57,867 nt of DNA from Actinomycetota bacterium (GTDB lineage Bacteria > Actinomycetota > Actinomycetes > Nanopelagicales > Nanopelagicaceae), in assembly GCA_005789205.1 (NCBI GenBank), contig SXYM01000011.1, positions 1 to 57,867 on the forward strand. The letters run 5' to 3'. The first letter of the stretch is position 1, and the number at the start of each line of letters is the position of its first letter. The notes under the pieces were generated by a model. The model worked only from the letters and a program-made list of their open reading frames with translations. It ran no database searches and was not told the origin of the DNA. Positions 18,352 through 27,892 of the stretch are shown piece by piece. The position numbers were made by a program, and so were the translations under genes.

Positions 18352-19482
18352 CTAGTTATTGCCAGCTACCAAGGTAACGGTGACTGTGACCTCTTTTTTA
18401 TCTCGGATATAAGTCAGGGTGACCTTATCCCCCACATTCATAGCACGTATGGCAACAATTAATTGTTCAGGGGAATCAATGGCCCTATTTTCAAATTTAA
18501 TGATTAAGTCACCCGCACGAATTCCAGCTTTAGCTGCTGGTCCACCAGGCAAAATAGATGTACCCGAATTGGCAACAAGTGCACCCACTCCACTGTAATT
18601 CATATCCAATGAAACGCCTAAGAACGGATATGTTGCCTTGCCAGATTTAATCAATTGATCAGCAGTTTTTCTGGTTTGATTAATAGGAATTGCAAAACCC
18701 AAACCAATTGAACCGGTTTGTGAGGATGAACCTAGAGTCGCGATTGCCGAGTTAACACCAATTACTGCCCCTGTTGCATCCACTAGTGGGCCTCCAGAAT
18801 TTCCTGGGTTAATGGCGGCATCGGTTTGTAGTGCATTAATGAAAGAACTTGCAGAACCAGAATCACCGGCAGTTACAGGTCGATCCTTAGCGCTAATAAT
18901 TCCAAGTGTCACAGTGCCTGAGAGTCCAAGCGGTGAGCCTATTGCAATCACTGAGTCTCCAACAGCAACTTTGTCACTATCTCCAAACTCAAGTGCTGGC
19001 AGATTCGTGGCACTGATTTTTATTACTGCTAAATCATAAGAAGCATCACGACCAATTATGCTCGCGTTATAGATATCACCATTGTTCAAGGTAACTCGTA
19101 TTGCACCATTTCCATTAGCAACTCCAGCAATAACATGATTATTGGTCAAGATGTAACCATTACTGTCAAAAATAAAACCAGAGCCAGTTCCCCCACGACC
19201 TGTTGCAGAGCGAGTATTAACAGAAACAACTGAAGGCAAAACTCTGGCAGCTATTCCTGCAACAGAATCTGGTGCTCGCTCGATTGTGCTGGAAGAATTC
19301 ACAATGTTGGCAGAATTAAAAATAGTTCCACCTGTAGCTGTAACTCCTAGAAATCCACCAAGGCAACTTGCCAGTAACGCGATGATAAATACCTTGCCTC
19401 GTGAGCTCTTATTTGGCGCACTTGTTTCCCACCAAGGACGAACATTGGGGGTTAGTTTTTTTCTAGGAAAAATCATGCTCAT
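18352..19482 (-). CDS. htrA: HtrA/DegP serine protease with PDZ domain
   Basis: TM anchor, TNNHV, DLAVI, QTDAAINPGNSGGPL, C-terminal PDZ. Confidence 0.93.
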   Translation of the reverse strand: MSMIFPRKKLTPNVRPWWETSAPNKSSRGKVFIIALLASCLGGFLGVTATGGTIFNSANIVNSSSTIERAPDSVAGIAARVLPSVVSVNTRSATGRGGTGSGFIFDSNGYILTNNHVIAGVANGNGAIRVTLNNGDIYNASIIGRDASYDLAVIKISATNLPALEFGDSDKVAVGDSVIAIGSPLGLSGTVTLGIISAKDRPVTAGDSGSASSFINALQTDAAINPGNSGGPLVDATGAVIGVNSAIATLGSSSQTGSIGLGFAIPINQTRKTADQLIKSGKATYPFLGVSLDMNYSGVGALVANSGTSILPGGPAAKAGIRAGDLIIKFENRAIDSPEQLIVAIRAMNVGDKVTLTYIRDKKEVTVTVTLVAGNN

Positions 19483-19488
19483 ATCTTC

Positions 19489-20115
19489 CTACATCTTTGT
19501 TGCAATTAACAAACCGTCGCCAGTTGGAATCAAGGTACTCACCCAATGCTCTGCGTCATTCTTAATGATTTTCCCAGCATCACGAAGTGCCACAGTTTTA
19601 GGGTCTCTCTGAGCTGGATCGTTGACTTTTGAGCCTCCAAAAAAGCTATCGATAACCATTGCTCCGCCACTTCGTAAAATGCGATGCGCTTCACTGATGA
19701 CAAAGGCTAAATCTTGAGGGTCATGGCGGACTACAACGAGGTCATAGGCCCTGTCTGTTAACTTTGAAATGACATCTAAAACTGAGTTGGTAATTAATCT
19801 ATATCGAGTGGGAGAAATCTCTGCATCTGCAAATGCCAACTTTGCAATCTGCGTATGTTCCATTTCATCATCTATAGAAGTCAGCGTGCCGCTAGCCAAC
19901 ATGCCATCTAGTAACCACAGACTCCCAACACCTGAGCCTGTGCCAATCTCAACGACTGATTGTGCGGAGAGTGTAAAAGCCAAATGCTTGAGATAAGCAC
20001 CTACTCCTGGCGTGACATCGTGAGCACCAATTTCAACACCGCGAGCACGTGCATAGCTTTTGAATGGATCTTCAGTTATAAAGCTTTCAGCATATGAATG
20101 CGGATCTATTTTCAT
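19489..20115 (-). CDS. SAM-dependent O-methyltransferase (Rv1220c-like)
   Basis: VVEIGTGSGVGSLWL motif I, DPAQRD, GDGLL. Confidence 0.88.
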   Translation of the reverse strand: MKIDPHSYAESFITEDPFKSYARARGVEIGAHDVTPGVGAYLKHLAFTLSAQSVVEIGTGSGVGSLWLLDGMLASGTLTSIDDEMEHTQIAKLAFADAEISPTRYRLITNSVLDVISKLTDRAYDLVVVRHDPQDLAFVISEAHRILRSGGAMVIDSFFGGSKVNDPAQRDPKTVALRDAGKIIKNDAEHWVSTLIPTGDGLLIATKM

Positions 20116-21602
20116 TTAAGATTCATTATCCACTGCGTTAACAAGCGAACTCCATATCCAGTTCCACCCTTTGGATTCTCTCCTGCATCACTCTCACTGC
20201 GTGCGGTACCAGCAATATCTAAGTGAACCCAACGGCGGTTGCCTGCAAAGTGTTCAAGAAATAGCGCGGCGGTAACTGATCCGCCAGAATACTTCGCTTT
20301 TTTAGCAATATGGTTGAAATCAGCAATGTCACTTTCAAGGGCATCCTTGTAATCGTCAATTAATGGCATATGCCAGACTCGATCACCAGATTCAATTCCT
20401 GCAATCTCCAAATCACGTGCCAGTTGCTCATCTCGCGTATACATCGCGGCATGCTGCTTACCGAGTCCAAGAGTTGCTGAACCAGTCAAAGTGGCAATAT
20501 CTACTAAGTAATCTGGATTCAAGTTTTTATCAGCATATGCCAAGCCATCAGCTAGAACTAGACGTCCCTCTGCATCTGTATCAAGAACTTCAACAGTTGT
20601 TCCACCATAATGAGTAATGACATCACTTGGACGCTGGGCGGTACCTGAAAATGCGTTCTCAGCACACATCATCAAGGCTGTTACGCGAATATTTGGTTGC
20701 AATTCCTCCAGTGCAGTCAATGTTGCCAAAATTGCAGCAGATCCTGCCATGTCGGTTTTCATGGGAATCATCAAGTCATAAGGGCGCTTGAGAACTATTC
20801 CACCAGTGTCATAGGTGATTCCTTTGCCCACTAATACAACGTGTGGAAGGGCATTAATCGCGTTTTTCTTCTTTGAAGGCGCATACCCAACTTCAATAAA
20901 GCGTGGTCCGGGTTTTGGAGATGAATTACCAACCGCTCGCAAACCACCAAATTCTTTGAGCTCTTTGCCGGCAAGTACCTTTACTGTGAGCCCGGTTCCT
21001 TTGGCGAATTCTTGGGCTTTTGTAGCCATCCACGCAGGATTTTTAATATTAGAAGGCGTATGCACCAAATCACGAGCGCGCGTAACTGCTTTCGAAATAG
21101 TGATAGCAACATCTATAACCTCTTTTTCATTTGTGGCAACCAGGAAATTTGGCTTACCTGCAGGCTCTCCAGTTTTAAGATTCCAAAGGTAAGCACCTAA
21201 AGTCAAAGCGATTGCATGTGCCTTAACGTCTTTACTATTCACTGCACATGCTGAGTAGACGGTGGTGTTCTTGCCACGAACTTTTCTAGCAATTGTTGTG
21301 GCGGCAATACGAAGTGATGCAGTTGATGAATCACCTACTCCAACTAAAAAGATACGATCTGTTTGAGCATCTTGTGAACTAACCGGAATTTCAAATAATT
21401 CCCCTGATTTGAATGTAGGAGAAAAGAATGACAGCTCATCTAATAGGTTGATATCAAAAAACTTTTCAATATCCTGAACTAGATCTCCAAGAGCAGAAAA
21501 TGAAACAACTCCTTCTGAATCTTTAGCGAAAGCGAGCGCAATTGAATCAGCGCTAGTGGCTATAGAGAGTTGAGGCTTGGCAGCTTTAAGTGTCCAGGAC
21601 AT
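20112..21602 (-). CDS. pepA: M17 leucyl aminopeptidase
   Basis: VGKGITYDTGG, MKTDMAG, DTDAEGRLVLAD, DIATLTG, HLDIAG. Confidence 0.92.
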   Translation of the reverse strand: MSWTLKAAKPQLSIATSADSIALAFAKDSEGVVSFSALGDLVQDIEKFFDINLLDELSFFSPTFKSGELFEIPVSSQDAQTDRIFLVGVGDSSTASLRIAATTIARKVRGKNTTVYSACAVNSKDVKAHAIALTLGAYLWNLKTGEPAGKPNFLVATNEKEVIDVAITISKAVTRARDLVHTPSNIKNPAWMATKAQEFAKGTGLTVKVLAGKELKEFGGLRAVGNSSPKPGPRFIEVGYAPSKKKNAINALPHVVLVGKGITYDTGGIVLKRPYDLMIPMKTDMAGSAAILATLTALEELQPNIRVTALMMCAENAFSGTAQRPSDVITHYGGTTVEVLDTDAEGRLVLADGLAYADKNLNPDYLVDIATLTGSATLGLGKQHAAMYTRDEQLARDLEIAGIESGDRVWHMPLIDDYKDALESDIADFNHIAKKAKYSGGSVTAALFLEHFAGNRRWVHLDIAGTARSESDAGENPKGGTGYGVRLLTQWIMNLK

Positions 21603-21630
21603 GCGTTGAAGGCTATCGCCTGTTAGTGAT

Positions 21631-21810
21631 TTACTTCTTAACTAGTGCAACCGCGGCATGAAGTGCGGCGCTGAGATTATTAGCTTCTTCAGAGTTGAGT
21701 TCAACGACTAGGCGTCCGCCACCCTCTAGTGGAATTCGCATCACAAGTGAGCGAGCCTCTTTAGTGACCTCCATTGGACCATCACCGGTTCGAGGTTTCA
21801 TGGCTGCCAT
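21631..21810 (-). CDS. DUF3117 family protein (59 aa)
   Basis: Below the ORF-track cutoff. Manual translation: MAAMKPRTGDGPMEVTKEARSLVMRIPLEGGGRLVVELNSEEANNLSAALHAAVALVKK; AAAGGAG SD upstream. Confidence 0.92.
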   Translation of the reverse strand: MAAMKPRTGDGPMEVTKEARSLVMRIPLEGGGRLVVELNSEEANNLSAALHAAVALVKK

Positions 21811-21896
21811 GTGGGGACTCCTTTAAAGATGGACGAGGAAGGTTCAAGAGGAGAAGTATCTCGCATTTAGAGCACAAGCGCGAAATCGAGAAGGCG

Positions 21897-22088
21897 CTAA
21901 AAGCCTAGAACCGCGCTCAATCTGGCTTTTCCAGCCGAAATGACAGCATCAACTGCGCGCTCTGGCACCTGAAGCATTAGGGCAATCTCACTCGATGACA
22001 TCTGTCGCATGTAATGCAAGGTCAAGATGATCCGCTCTTCTTCAGGCAGCGAGGCCAGCACCTGGGCCAATGTTGGGGACTCGCTCAT
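21897..22088 (-). CDS. stand-alone sigma-70 region 4 (HTH) protein
   Basis: LASLPEEERIILTLHY..MSSSEIA.ML.VPE..V pattern of sigma region 4; own TAGCCT -10 element 7 nt before ATG. Confidence 0.75.
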   Translation of the reverse strand: MSESPTLAQVLASLPEEERIILTLHYMRQMSSSEIALMLQVPERAVDAVISAGKARLSAVLGF

Positions 22089-22135
22089 GGTTATAAGGCT
22101 ACTGGCTCTTAACGCCTATGCGGGTGAGGATGCTC

Positions 22136-22561
22136 TCAGCGGAATGTTCGTGCAAAGCGGGATAAAGAGATTCGCACACCAATGTAGAGCGCAGGAAGCA
22201 TCACCAAGAAGAGTACTCGCGGAGCTATTACTTCTTCAGACCAGTCAAAGATTGTTGTATTTGCAGTCAATTCACGTAAATGAAATCTGCCTGTTCCTTT
22301 GATTATTTTGCCGGTGTGGAGCACATCGCATGTGTGCGGAGGCTGCCAAGCAGTAACCGTCATTAAATCCAAAACTCCTAATGGACCAATGCCAGTGAAT
22401 GCATTAATAGATGTTCCAACACCTTCTGTAATCTCAGAAGTCACCCAGACTTTAGTCTGAAGCATCCACTCGCCTTGTTTTTCCCATTGCGCCAGTGAAT
22501 CCCAAACTCTTTGTATTGGTGCATTAATTTTTAAAGAAATTGAAATGTGATTACTTGACAT
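22136..22561 (-). CDS. SRPBCC/START-fold protein
   Basis: INAPIQRVW..L..WEKQGEWML, WQPPH.C.VLHTG; start ATG 22561 coupled to the LOG stop (TAATG). Confidence 0.82.
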   Translation of the reverse strand: MSSNHISISLKINAPIQRVWDSLAQWEKQGEWMLQTKVWVTSEITEGVGTSINAFTGIGPLGVLDLMTVTAWQPPHTCDVLHTGKIIKGTGRFHLRELTANTTIFDWSEEVIAPRVLFLVMLPALYIGVRISLSRFARTFR

Positions 22562-23091
22562 TACGAACAAGCCTTTAGTGCTTGTGTTACATCTGTTGTC
22601 CAAGAAATTAATTCACGCATTCCCGGCTTAATAAAGTTCTCAAATTCTAAGTGCTCTACTAGCTCATGTAACGGATTATAAATTCCAAATGGATCTAGAA
22701 TTACAACTGGCTTATTGTGAAACTTTAAATAGCGTCCCACCCAAATCTCAAAGAACTCTTCAAGAGTTCCTGCACCGCCAGGCAATGTAATAAACGCATC
22801 TGCAATATCAGTGATCATTGCCTTGCGCTCACCCATCGTCCCAACGACATGTAGTTCATCATTATCGTGATCAGCAAATTCAATATCAACAAGTGCTTGT
22901 GGGATAACACCGATAGTTCGTCCGCCGCCCTGACGAGCTCCCCTAGAAACTGCGCCCATCATTGAAATGTGTCCGCCCCCAGTGACTAATTCCCATGAGT
23001 TAGCTGCAATAGCCCCACCAAGTTCAAAGGCAAGGTCTACATACTTAGGGTCAATCGTTGGCGATGATGAACAAAAGACTGCAATGCGCAT
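22561..23091 (-). CDS. LOG family nucleotide phosphoribohydrolase (TIGR00730 type)
   Basis: MRIAVFCSSS, LVTGGG..MMG, ERK, LPGGAGTLEE; start set to ATG 23091. Confidence 0.92.
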   Translation of the reverse strand: MRIAVFCSSSPTIDPKYVDLAFELGGAIAANSWELVTGGGHISMMGAVSRGARQGGGRTIGVIPQALVDIEFADHDNDELHVVGTMGERKAMITDIADAFITLPGGAGTLEEFFEIWVGRYLKFHNKPVVILDPFGIYNPLHELVEHLEFENFIKPGMRELISWTTDVTQALKACS

Positions 23092-23121
23092 GCGGGTAAG
23101 GATAGGGGTTAGGCTTAGGAC
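23092..23121. promoter_or_regulatory. back-to-back leaderless promoters for LOG and dapD
   Basis: Minus-strand TATCCT (23099-23104) lies 7 nt from the LOG ATG; plus-strand TAGGCT (23110-23115) lies 6 nt from the dapD ATG. Confidence 0.6.
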
Positions 23122-24039
23122 ATGACCACCATTGCATCTGGCCACGGCATTGCAACGATGGCTGCCGGAAAAACTCTTGATGTTTGGTTTCCGACCCCGC
23201 AACTTGCATCCTTGCCAGCGACTGTTCCTAGTGAACTAAACGCATTGGTCGGCAAAGATGATGCTCGCGGTGTAACTCGAGAACTTGTCGCAGTTGAAAT
23301 TGATATCACTACAGCACCTACTGATGCAAAAGATGCGTATTTGCGTTTACATTTATTATCTCATCGCTTAGTTAAACCTCATGGCCTCTCACTCGAAGGT
23401 ATATTTGGTTTACTAAATAATGTTGTATGGACAAACTTTGGTCCTTGTGCTGTTGACGGGTTTGAATTAACTCGTGCTCGCCTCAAAGCTGCGTATGGTC
23501 ACGTAACTGTTCTTTCTGTCGATAAATTCCCACGCATGGTTGATTACGTAATCCCTAGTGGAGTACGAATTGCAGATGCCGATCGCGTAAGACTTGGAGC
23601 TCATTTAGCTTCAGGCACAACAGTTATGCATGAAGGTTTCGTCAACTTCAATGCCGGAACACTTGGAACATCAATGGTTGAAGGTCGAATATCAGCTGGT
23701 GTTGTTGTAGGCGATGGTTCAGATGTAGGTGGCGGCGCATCCATTATGGGCACGCTCAGTGGTGGAGGAAAAGAAGTGATTTCAATTGGAGAAAAATCAC
23801 TTCTAGGCGCAAACTCTGGATGTGGAATTTCACTAGGTGATAACTGCGTAATTGAAGCTGGAACTTATGTGACAGCTGCATCAAAAGTCCGTTTGCCTGA
23901 TGGTGAAATAGTTAAGGCTGCAGCACTATCTGGTGGAAACAACTTACTCTTTCGCCGTAACTCACTTGATGGTGCACTTGAAGTAATTAACCGCACTGGT
24001 ACTTGGGGCGGACTTAATTCAATTTTGCACGCTAACTAA
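23122..24039 (+). CDS. dapD: tetrahydrodipicolinate N-succinyltransferase
   Basis: DAYLRLHLLSHRLV, VDKFPRMVDYV, RVRLGAHL..GTTVMHEGFVNFNAGT, MGTLSGGG. Confidence 0.96.
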   Translation: MTTIASGHGIATMAAGKTLDVWFPTPQLASLPATVPSELNALVGKDDARGVTRELVAVEIDITTAPTDAKDAYLRLHLLSHRLVKPHGLSLEGIFGLLNNVVWTNFGPCAVDGFELTRARLKAAYGHVTVLSVDKFPRMVDYVIPSGVRIADADRVRLGAHLASGTTVMHEGFVNFNAGTLGTSMVEGRISAGVVVGDGSDVGGGASIMGTLSGGGKEVISIGEKSLLGANSGCGISLGDNCVIEAGTYVTAASKVRLPDGEIVKAAALSGGNNLLFRRNSLDGALEVINRTGTWGGLNSILHAN

Positions 24040-25254
24040 GCTAAACCACGCTGAAGGTATTTTAGTCCTACTTCTAAAAGTCTCACCACGCAGAGCTACC
24101 TTCACACCGCTACTAGATGTTGCTTGAATCTGAGCAACTGTTCCACTTTCATTTACTCCCAAGATTTCTAAACTCACTACATCAGGTAAAACAAATGCGG
24201 CAGCAATAACGCTTTGTGGAACTTCTCGATTCCATGTAACAAATCGTGGATTAATAGTGAGATCCAATGAACCAGGGTCATCAACAATCTGTGTGTAAGC
24301 CCTGGCACTACCCCAGGCATTAAGGGCAAGCTCTGTCTTACCACCTGATGAAGAGGAGAAATAAGCAGTGATTGGTAAACCAGATTGTGTGATTGTTAGA
24401 CCTGCGGTTCGCGTGACAATATCTTTCCAAACTACACCATATTTCTTTTCAATTTCCTTGGCGTAACCCAGGAAAGTTTGATCAGAAATGGATCCATATA
24501 AATCACAATCGCATACACTTTTGTATATGCCTGCTTTACTCAATGCGTATGTACGTGAAGCGATTGCTTGGGCTTCAAGTGCTGCTGTGGGCCAAAATGA
24601 TGGCATCTCACTAACGCCCCAGAGATACTCATCAGCTAATCGAACTGAGTTAGTCATTGCAATTCGATATCCCGTTGGGGTTTTTATGGCCTTTACTTGA
24701 ATCTGTCCATATCGAAGTCGCTGAGAAACACCTGAGTGAGTAACAGTTATGACTGTCTCTGGTCCTTCTAAATAGCGAGTACCAGACCAACGAACTGTGA
24801 AAACTCTGCTTCGAGGTAGTACTTGTGAGGTTTTTCCATTTGTTATCCGTGGACTAACCGTTGAACCAATAACCGAGAAGCTAATTGAATCTGCCAAAGA
24901 AAATACTGGGATAACGCTTTCGCTACCCGCGTCTCCTTGAATAATTTGAAGCTGTGATCCCTTTAACGTGCCAGAAATCTTGGCAGTAGAAATGAGGTGT
25001 CCAATATTGACTCGTAGGATTTTGGAATCATCTTGTGGTTCAATCTCAACATCCTTATAGAAATACTTAATGATCTGCTCCGCACTTTGTCCTGCATTTG
25101 CCATGTAGCGCGCTCCCATCTGACTTAAGCCAACGCCATGACCATAACCTGAACCTTGGAATGAAAAGGTTGCAGGTATATCTACTGCATATGCAGTGGG
25201 GAACAATGTTGAAAAAACTAGCAATAGTGCTAGAAAAGCTTTAGACATCCTCAT
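24019..25254 (-). CDS. SpoIID/LytB-domain peptidoglycan lytic transglycosylase, secreted
   Basis: Signal peptide ending AYA, GYGHGVGLSQ.GA, EYLWGV.EMP..W..AALEAQAIASRTYA, DQ.F.G. Confidence 0.88.
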   Translation of the reverse strand: MRMSKAFLALLLVFSTLFPTAYAVDIPATFSFQGSGYGHGVGLSQMGARYMANAGQSAEQIIKYFYKDVEIEPQDDSKILRVNIGHLISTAKISGTLKGSQLQIIQGDAGSESVIPVFSLADSISFSVIGSTVSPRITNGKTSQVLPRSRVFTVRWSGTRYLEGPETVITVTHSGVSQRLRYGQIQVKAIKTPTGYRIAMTNSVRLADEYLWGVSEMPSFWPTAALEAQAIASRTYALSKAGIYKSVCDCDLYGSISDQTFLGYAKEIEKKYGVVWKDIVTRTAGLTITQSGLPITAYFSSSSGGKTELALNAWGSARAYTQIVDDPGSLDLTINPRFVTWNREVPQSVIAAAFVLPDVVSLEILGVNESGTVAQIQATSSSGVKVALRGETFRSRTKIPSAWFSLVSVQN

Positions 25255-26044
25255 CGATGGCTGCGCTCTTTCCTACCTGCAAAAATTCGCGATATGCAGT
25301 AATCACAGTTTTCGGATCTCCGCGTTGAATGAGCTTTCCCTTATGAAGCCAAGCAACGTCATTACAGACATCTTCCAAAGTAGCCATTGCATGACTGACT
25401 AGAATCAGTGCACGATCATCACTTCGTAGTTCCTTGATGCGATTAAGAGATTTTTCTTTAAACTTTGCATCACCAGTGCTTAACGCCTCGTCAACAATCA
25501 AAATATCTGGGCGAACAGTTGCTGCAACAGAGAAGGCTAAGCGGGCATACATACCTGATGAGTATGTGCGCATCGGAGCATCAATTGCTTCACCTAATTC
25601 AGAGAACTCTGCTATTTCTTCGAAGTGGCTATCAATTTCATCACGAGACATTCCCGCAGCTAATCCACCCAAATAAACATTGTCGCGACCTGACATTGAA
25701 GGGTTAAACCCAACGCCTAGAGCAAGCAAAGTACTGACGCTTCCATAGACTTCAATTCGCCCTTGGGTGGGGGGCAAAATTCCTGAAATAACGCGCATCA
25801 GTGAAGATTTGCCCGCACCATTTGTTCCTATGATCCCTAATACCTGGCCATATTCAACATCAAGATTTACTTCATCCAAAGCACGGATAACGCGAGTTTG
25901 TTTTCCGCCACGACCCAATGATTTGACCCGTGCTTTTAGAGTTGGTCTGCGATCAATTGCAGTCGTGTATGTAAGGCCAAGCCCGCGAACTGATACCGCG
26001 ACTTCATTGGTCTTGTGAGAGCTAGAGACGGACGGCAAATTCAC
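25241..26044 (-). CDS. polysaccharide/teichoic-acid export ABC ATPase (Wzt/TagH-like)
   Basis: GTNGAGKS, TYSSGMYARLAF, VDEALSTGD, VSH; no C-terminal carbohydrate-binding extension. Confidence 0.9.
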   Translation of the reverse strand: MNLPSVSSSHKTNEVAVSVRGLGLTYTTAIDRRPTLKARVKSLGRGGKQTRVIRALDEVNLDVEYGQVLGIIGTNGAGKSSLMRVISGILPPTQGRIEVYGSVSTLLALGVGFNPSMSGRDNVYLGGLAAGMSRDEIDSHFEEIAEFSELGEAIDAPMRTYSSGMYARLAFSVAATVRPDILIVDEALSTGDAKFKEKSLNRIKELRSDDRALILVSHAMATLEDVCNDVAWLHKGKLIQRGDPKTVITAYREFLQVGKSAAIDEDV

Positions 26045-26849
26045 GCTCCCTTGATAAAAAGAAGTATGTGCCTATCAAGAAAATTCCAATTGCCCAACCA
26101 AGACCAATAAGCAAGTGAGAAGTAAGTGGTGCCTGCCCATGAACTAATGCACGAGACCAACTATCTAAAATTGGAAACAGTGGGTTAAAGAGTTCAAGAG
26201 TTCTTAGCTCAGGCTTTAAGTCAGATGCTTCATACAAGATTGGTGATAAGTACAAAAGGGTGCGTGTCATGTATGGCAAGAAACTTGCAATATCGCGGAA
26301 ATAAACATTGATGCAGGAAATTGTCACTGCAAGACCCAATGCCAACAACATGGTTATTAGCAGTACTGGAATGGTCCAAAACATCTCCCACGTCAATGGC
26401 AGACCTAATACTGTCCTGATTGCCAGAAAGACGGCAAGAGTTGGCAAGAATTTAAAGATAGCAATCACGACTGCTGAGACTGGCAACATAATGCGAGGAA
26501 AGGCTGTGTTTAGAATCAAACGTTGGCCTGCTGTAATTGACTTCACGCCACCAGTTAATGAATTAGCTACTAGATAAAACAGGAAAAGCGTTGCAGTTAG
26601 ATGTGCATAACGCGTGCTGTCAGATGACCCGCTAATGATCACAATCAGCAAGAAATAAACAGCCGATAACAGCAAGGGATTAAGAACTAGCCAAAGTTGG
26701 CCAAATGCTGAGTCAAAATGCTGTTCCCGGAGTTCTGAGCGCGAGTATTCAGAGATGAATGTACGGCGTGACCAGAGAGACTTCCAATATTTCCGTAGGG
26801 GTGGCAGGCCAGCGCGAAATGGCTCATAGACCTGCGTTGGAGTGTTCAC
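26022..26849 (-). CDS. polysaccharide export ABC-2 permease (Wzm/TagG-like)
   Basis: GQLWLVLNPLL, FPR..LP, YFRD, YLSPILY, NPL; start GTG 26849 overlaps the GT2 stop. Confidence 0.9.
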   Translation of the reverse strand: MNTPTQVYEPFRAGLPPLRKYWKSLWSRRTFISEYSRSELREQHFDSAFGQLWLVLNPLLLSAVYFLLIVIISGSSDSTRYAHLTATLFLFYLVANSLTGGVKSITAGQRLILNTAFPRIMLPVSAVVIAIFKFLPTLAVFLAIRTVLGLPLTWEMFWTIPVLLITMLLALGLAVTISCINVYFRDIASFLPYMTRTLLYLSPILYEASDLKPELRTLELFNPLFPILDSWSRALVHGQAPLTSHLLIGLGWAIGIFLIGTYFFLSREREFAVRL

Positions 26850-27856
26850 GGTCGTAAGGTTACCGCAGGCGCTAAGGACTTTGGCGAAGTTAGAAAGCCA
26901 ATACCCCATGTCATATGCATTGTCAGCAAAATAAGTGGCAACGAGACAAACTCACCGAGAGATTTTCCAATTCTTGCCGAAGCAATAAGAATAAACAACG
27001 CATAGATCAATGCTGGCACGAAAAGAATAGGTGAAACAATTGCACTAAGAATCAGTGATGAAGCTACGCCGACTACGGTAAACGGCGGGGCAAGATATCT
27101 GTAGTTAATTGTTCCTTCATGTCTGCGAGATACAACTCGTCGCCAACGGCCGTATTCGAAATACTGTTTAGCAAGGGCTTTAACAGTTGAACGTGGACGA
27201 TATGTCACAACTAATCGAGGATCAAAAAAGATTGTTCCTCCGGCAGCGCGTAATCGAAAGTTAAGCTCCCAATCTTGTGCACGTGTGAATCTCTCATCAA
27301 ATCCACCTACTGCAACCAAAGCTTGTTTTCTAAATGCCCCTAGGTAAACCGTATCCACCGATGCAGCACCACCTCCTGTGTGAAAACGTGAGGCACCAAC
27401 ACCTAATGGACTACGCATTGCTCGAGCAACACCTCTCTCGAAAACTGTGTGACCTTCTGCAGCCATAATTCCGCCAACGTTTACGGCGCCAGTTTCTTTC
27501 AAGATTTCAAAAGCAAGAGATAGATAATTCTTAGGAATTTTTGAGTGGCCATCTACTCGCACAATGATGGAGTATCTACTTGCAGCCACTGCTAAATTAA
27601 GTCCCGAAGCTGTACGTCCTGAAGGATTTGAAACAACCACTACACGCGAATCCGCTTTAGCCAGTGAGTGAGCAATCACTTCTGTTCCATCATTGGAAGG
27701 CCCAATTGCCAAAATAATTTCAATCGCGCCACCAAAATCCTGATCAAAAACAGCCTTCACAGCCTCTTCTAAATATTTTGATTCGTTAAGGACCGGCAGG
27801 ATGACTGAGATTTTGGGCTCCGGTGAGCCATATAACTCATTTGCTGATGTCGTCAT
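26846..27856 (-). CDS. GT2 glycosyltransferase (ExoA-like)
   Basis: ISVILPVLNE, RVDGH, DTVYLG, GGFDE..RAQDWELN.R, QYFEYGRWR, C-terminal TM helices. Confidence 0.9.
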   Translation of the reverse strand: MTTSANELYGSPEPKISVILPVLNESKYLEEAVKAVFDQDFGGAIEIILAIGPSNDGTEVIAHSLAKADSRVVVVSNPSGRTASGLNLAVAASRYSIIVRVDGHSKIPKNYLSLAFEILKETGAVNVGGIMAAEGHTVFERGVARAMRSPLGVGASRFHTGGGAASVDTVYLGAFRKQALVAVGGFDERFTRAQDWELNFRLRAAGGTIFFDPRLVVTYRPRSTVKALAKQYFEYGRWRRVVSRRHEGTINYRYLAPPFTVVGVASSLILSAIVSPILFVPALIYALFILIASARIGKSLGEFVSLPLILLTMHMTWGIGFLTSPKSLAPAVTLRP

Positions 27857-27892
27857 AACCCCTACACCGTATCGCCCAAGTACTCTTACACG

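Noticed and set aside
24019-25254. SpoIID (and whiB) as evidence of sporulation
   Set aside because: Both families are widespread in non-sporulating bacteria, and no other sporulation genes are present.
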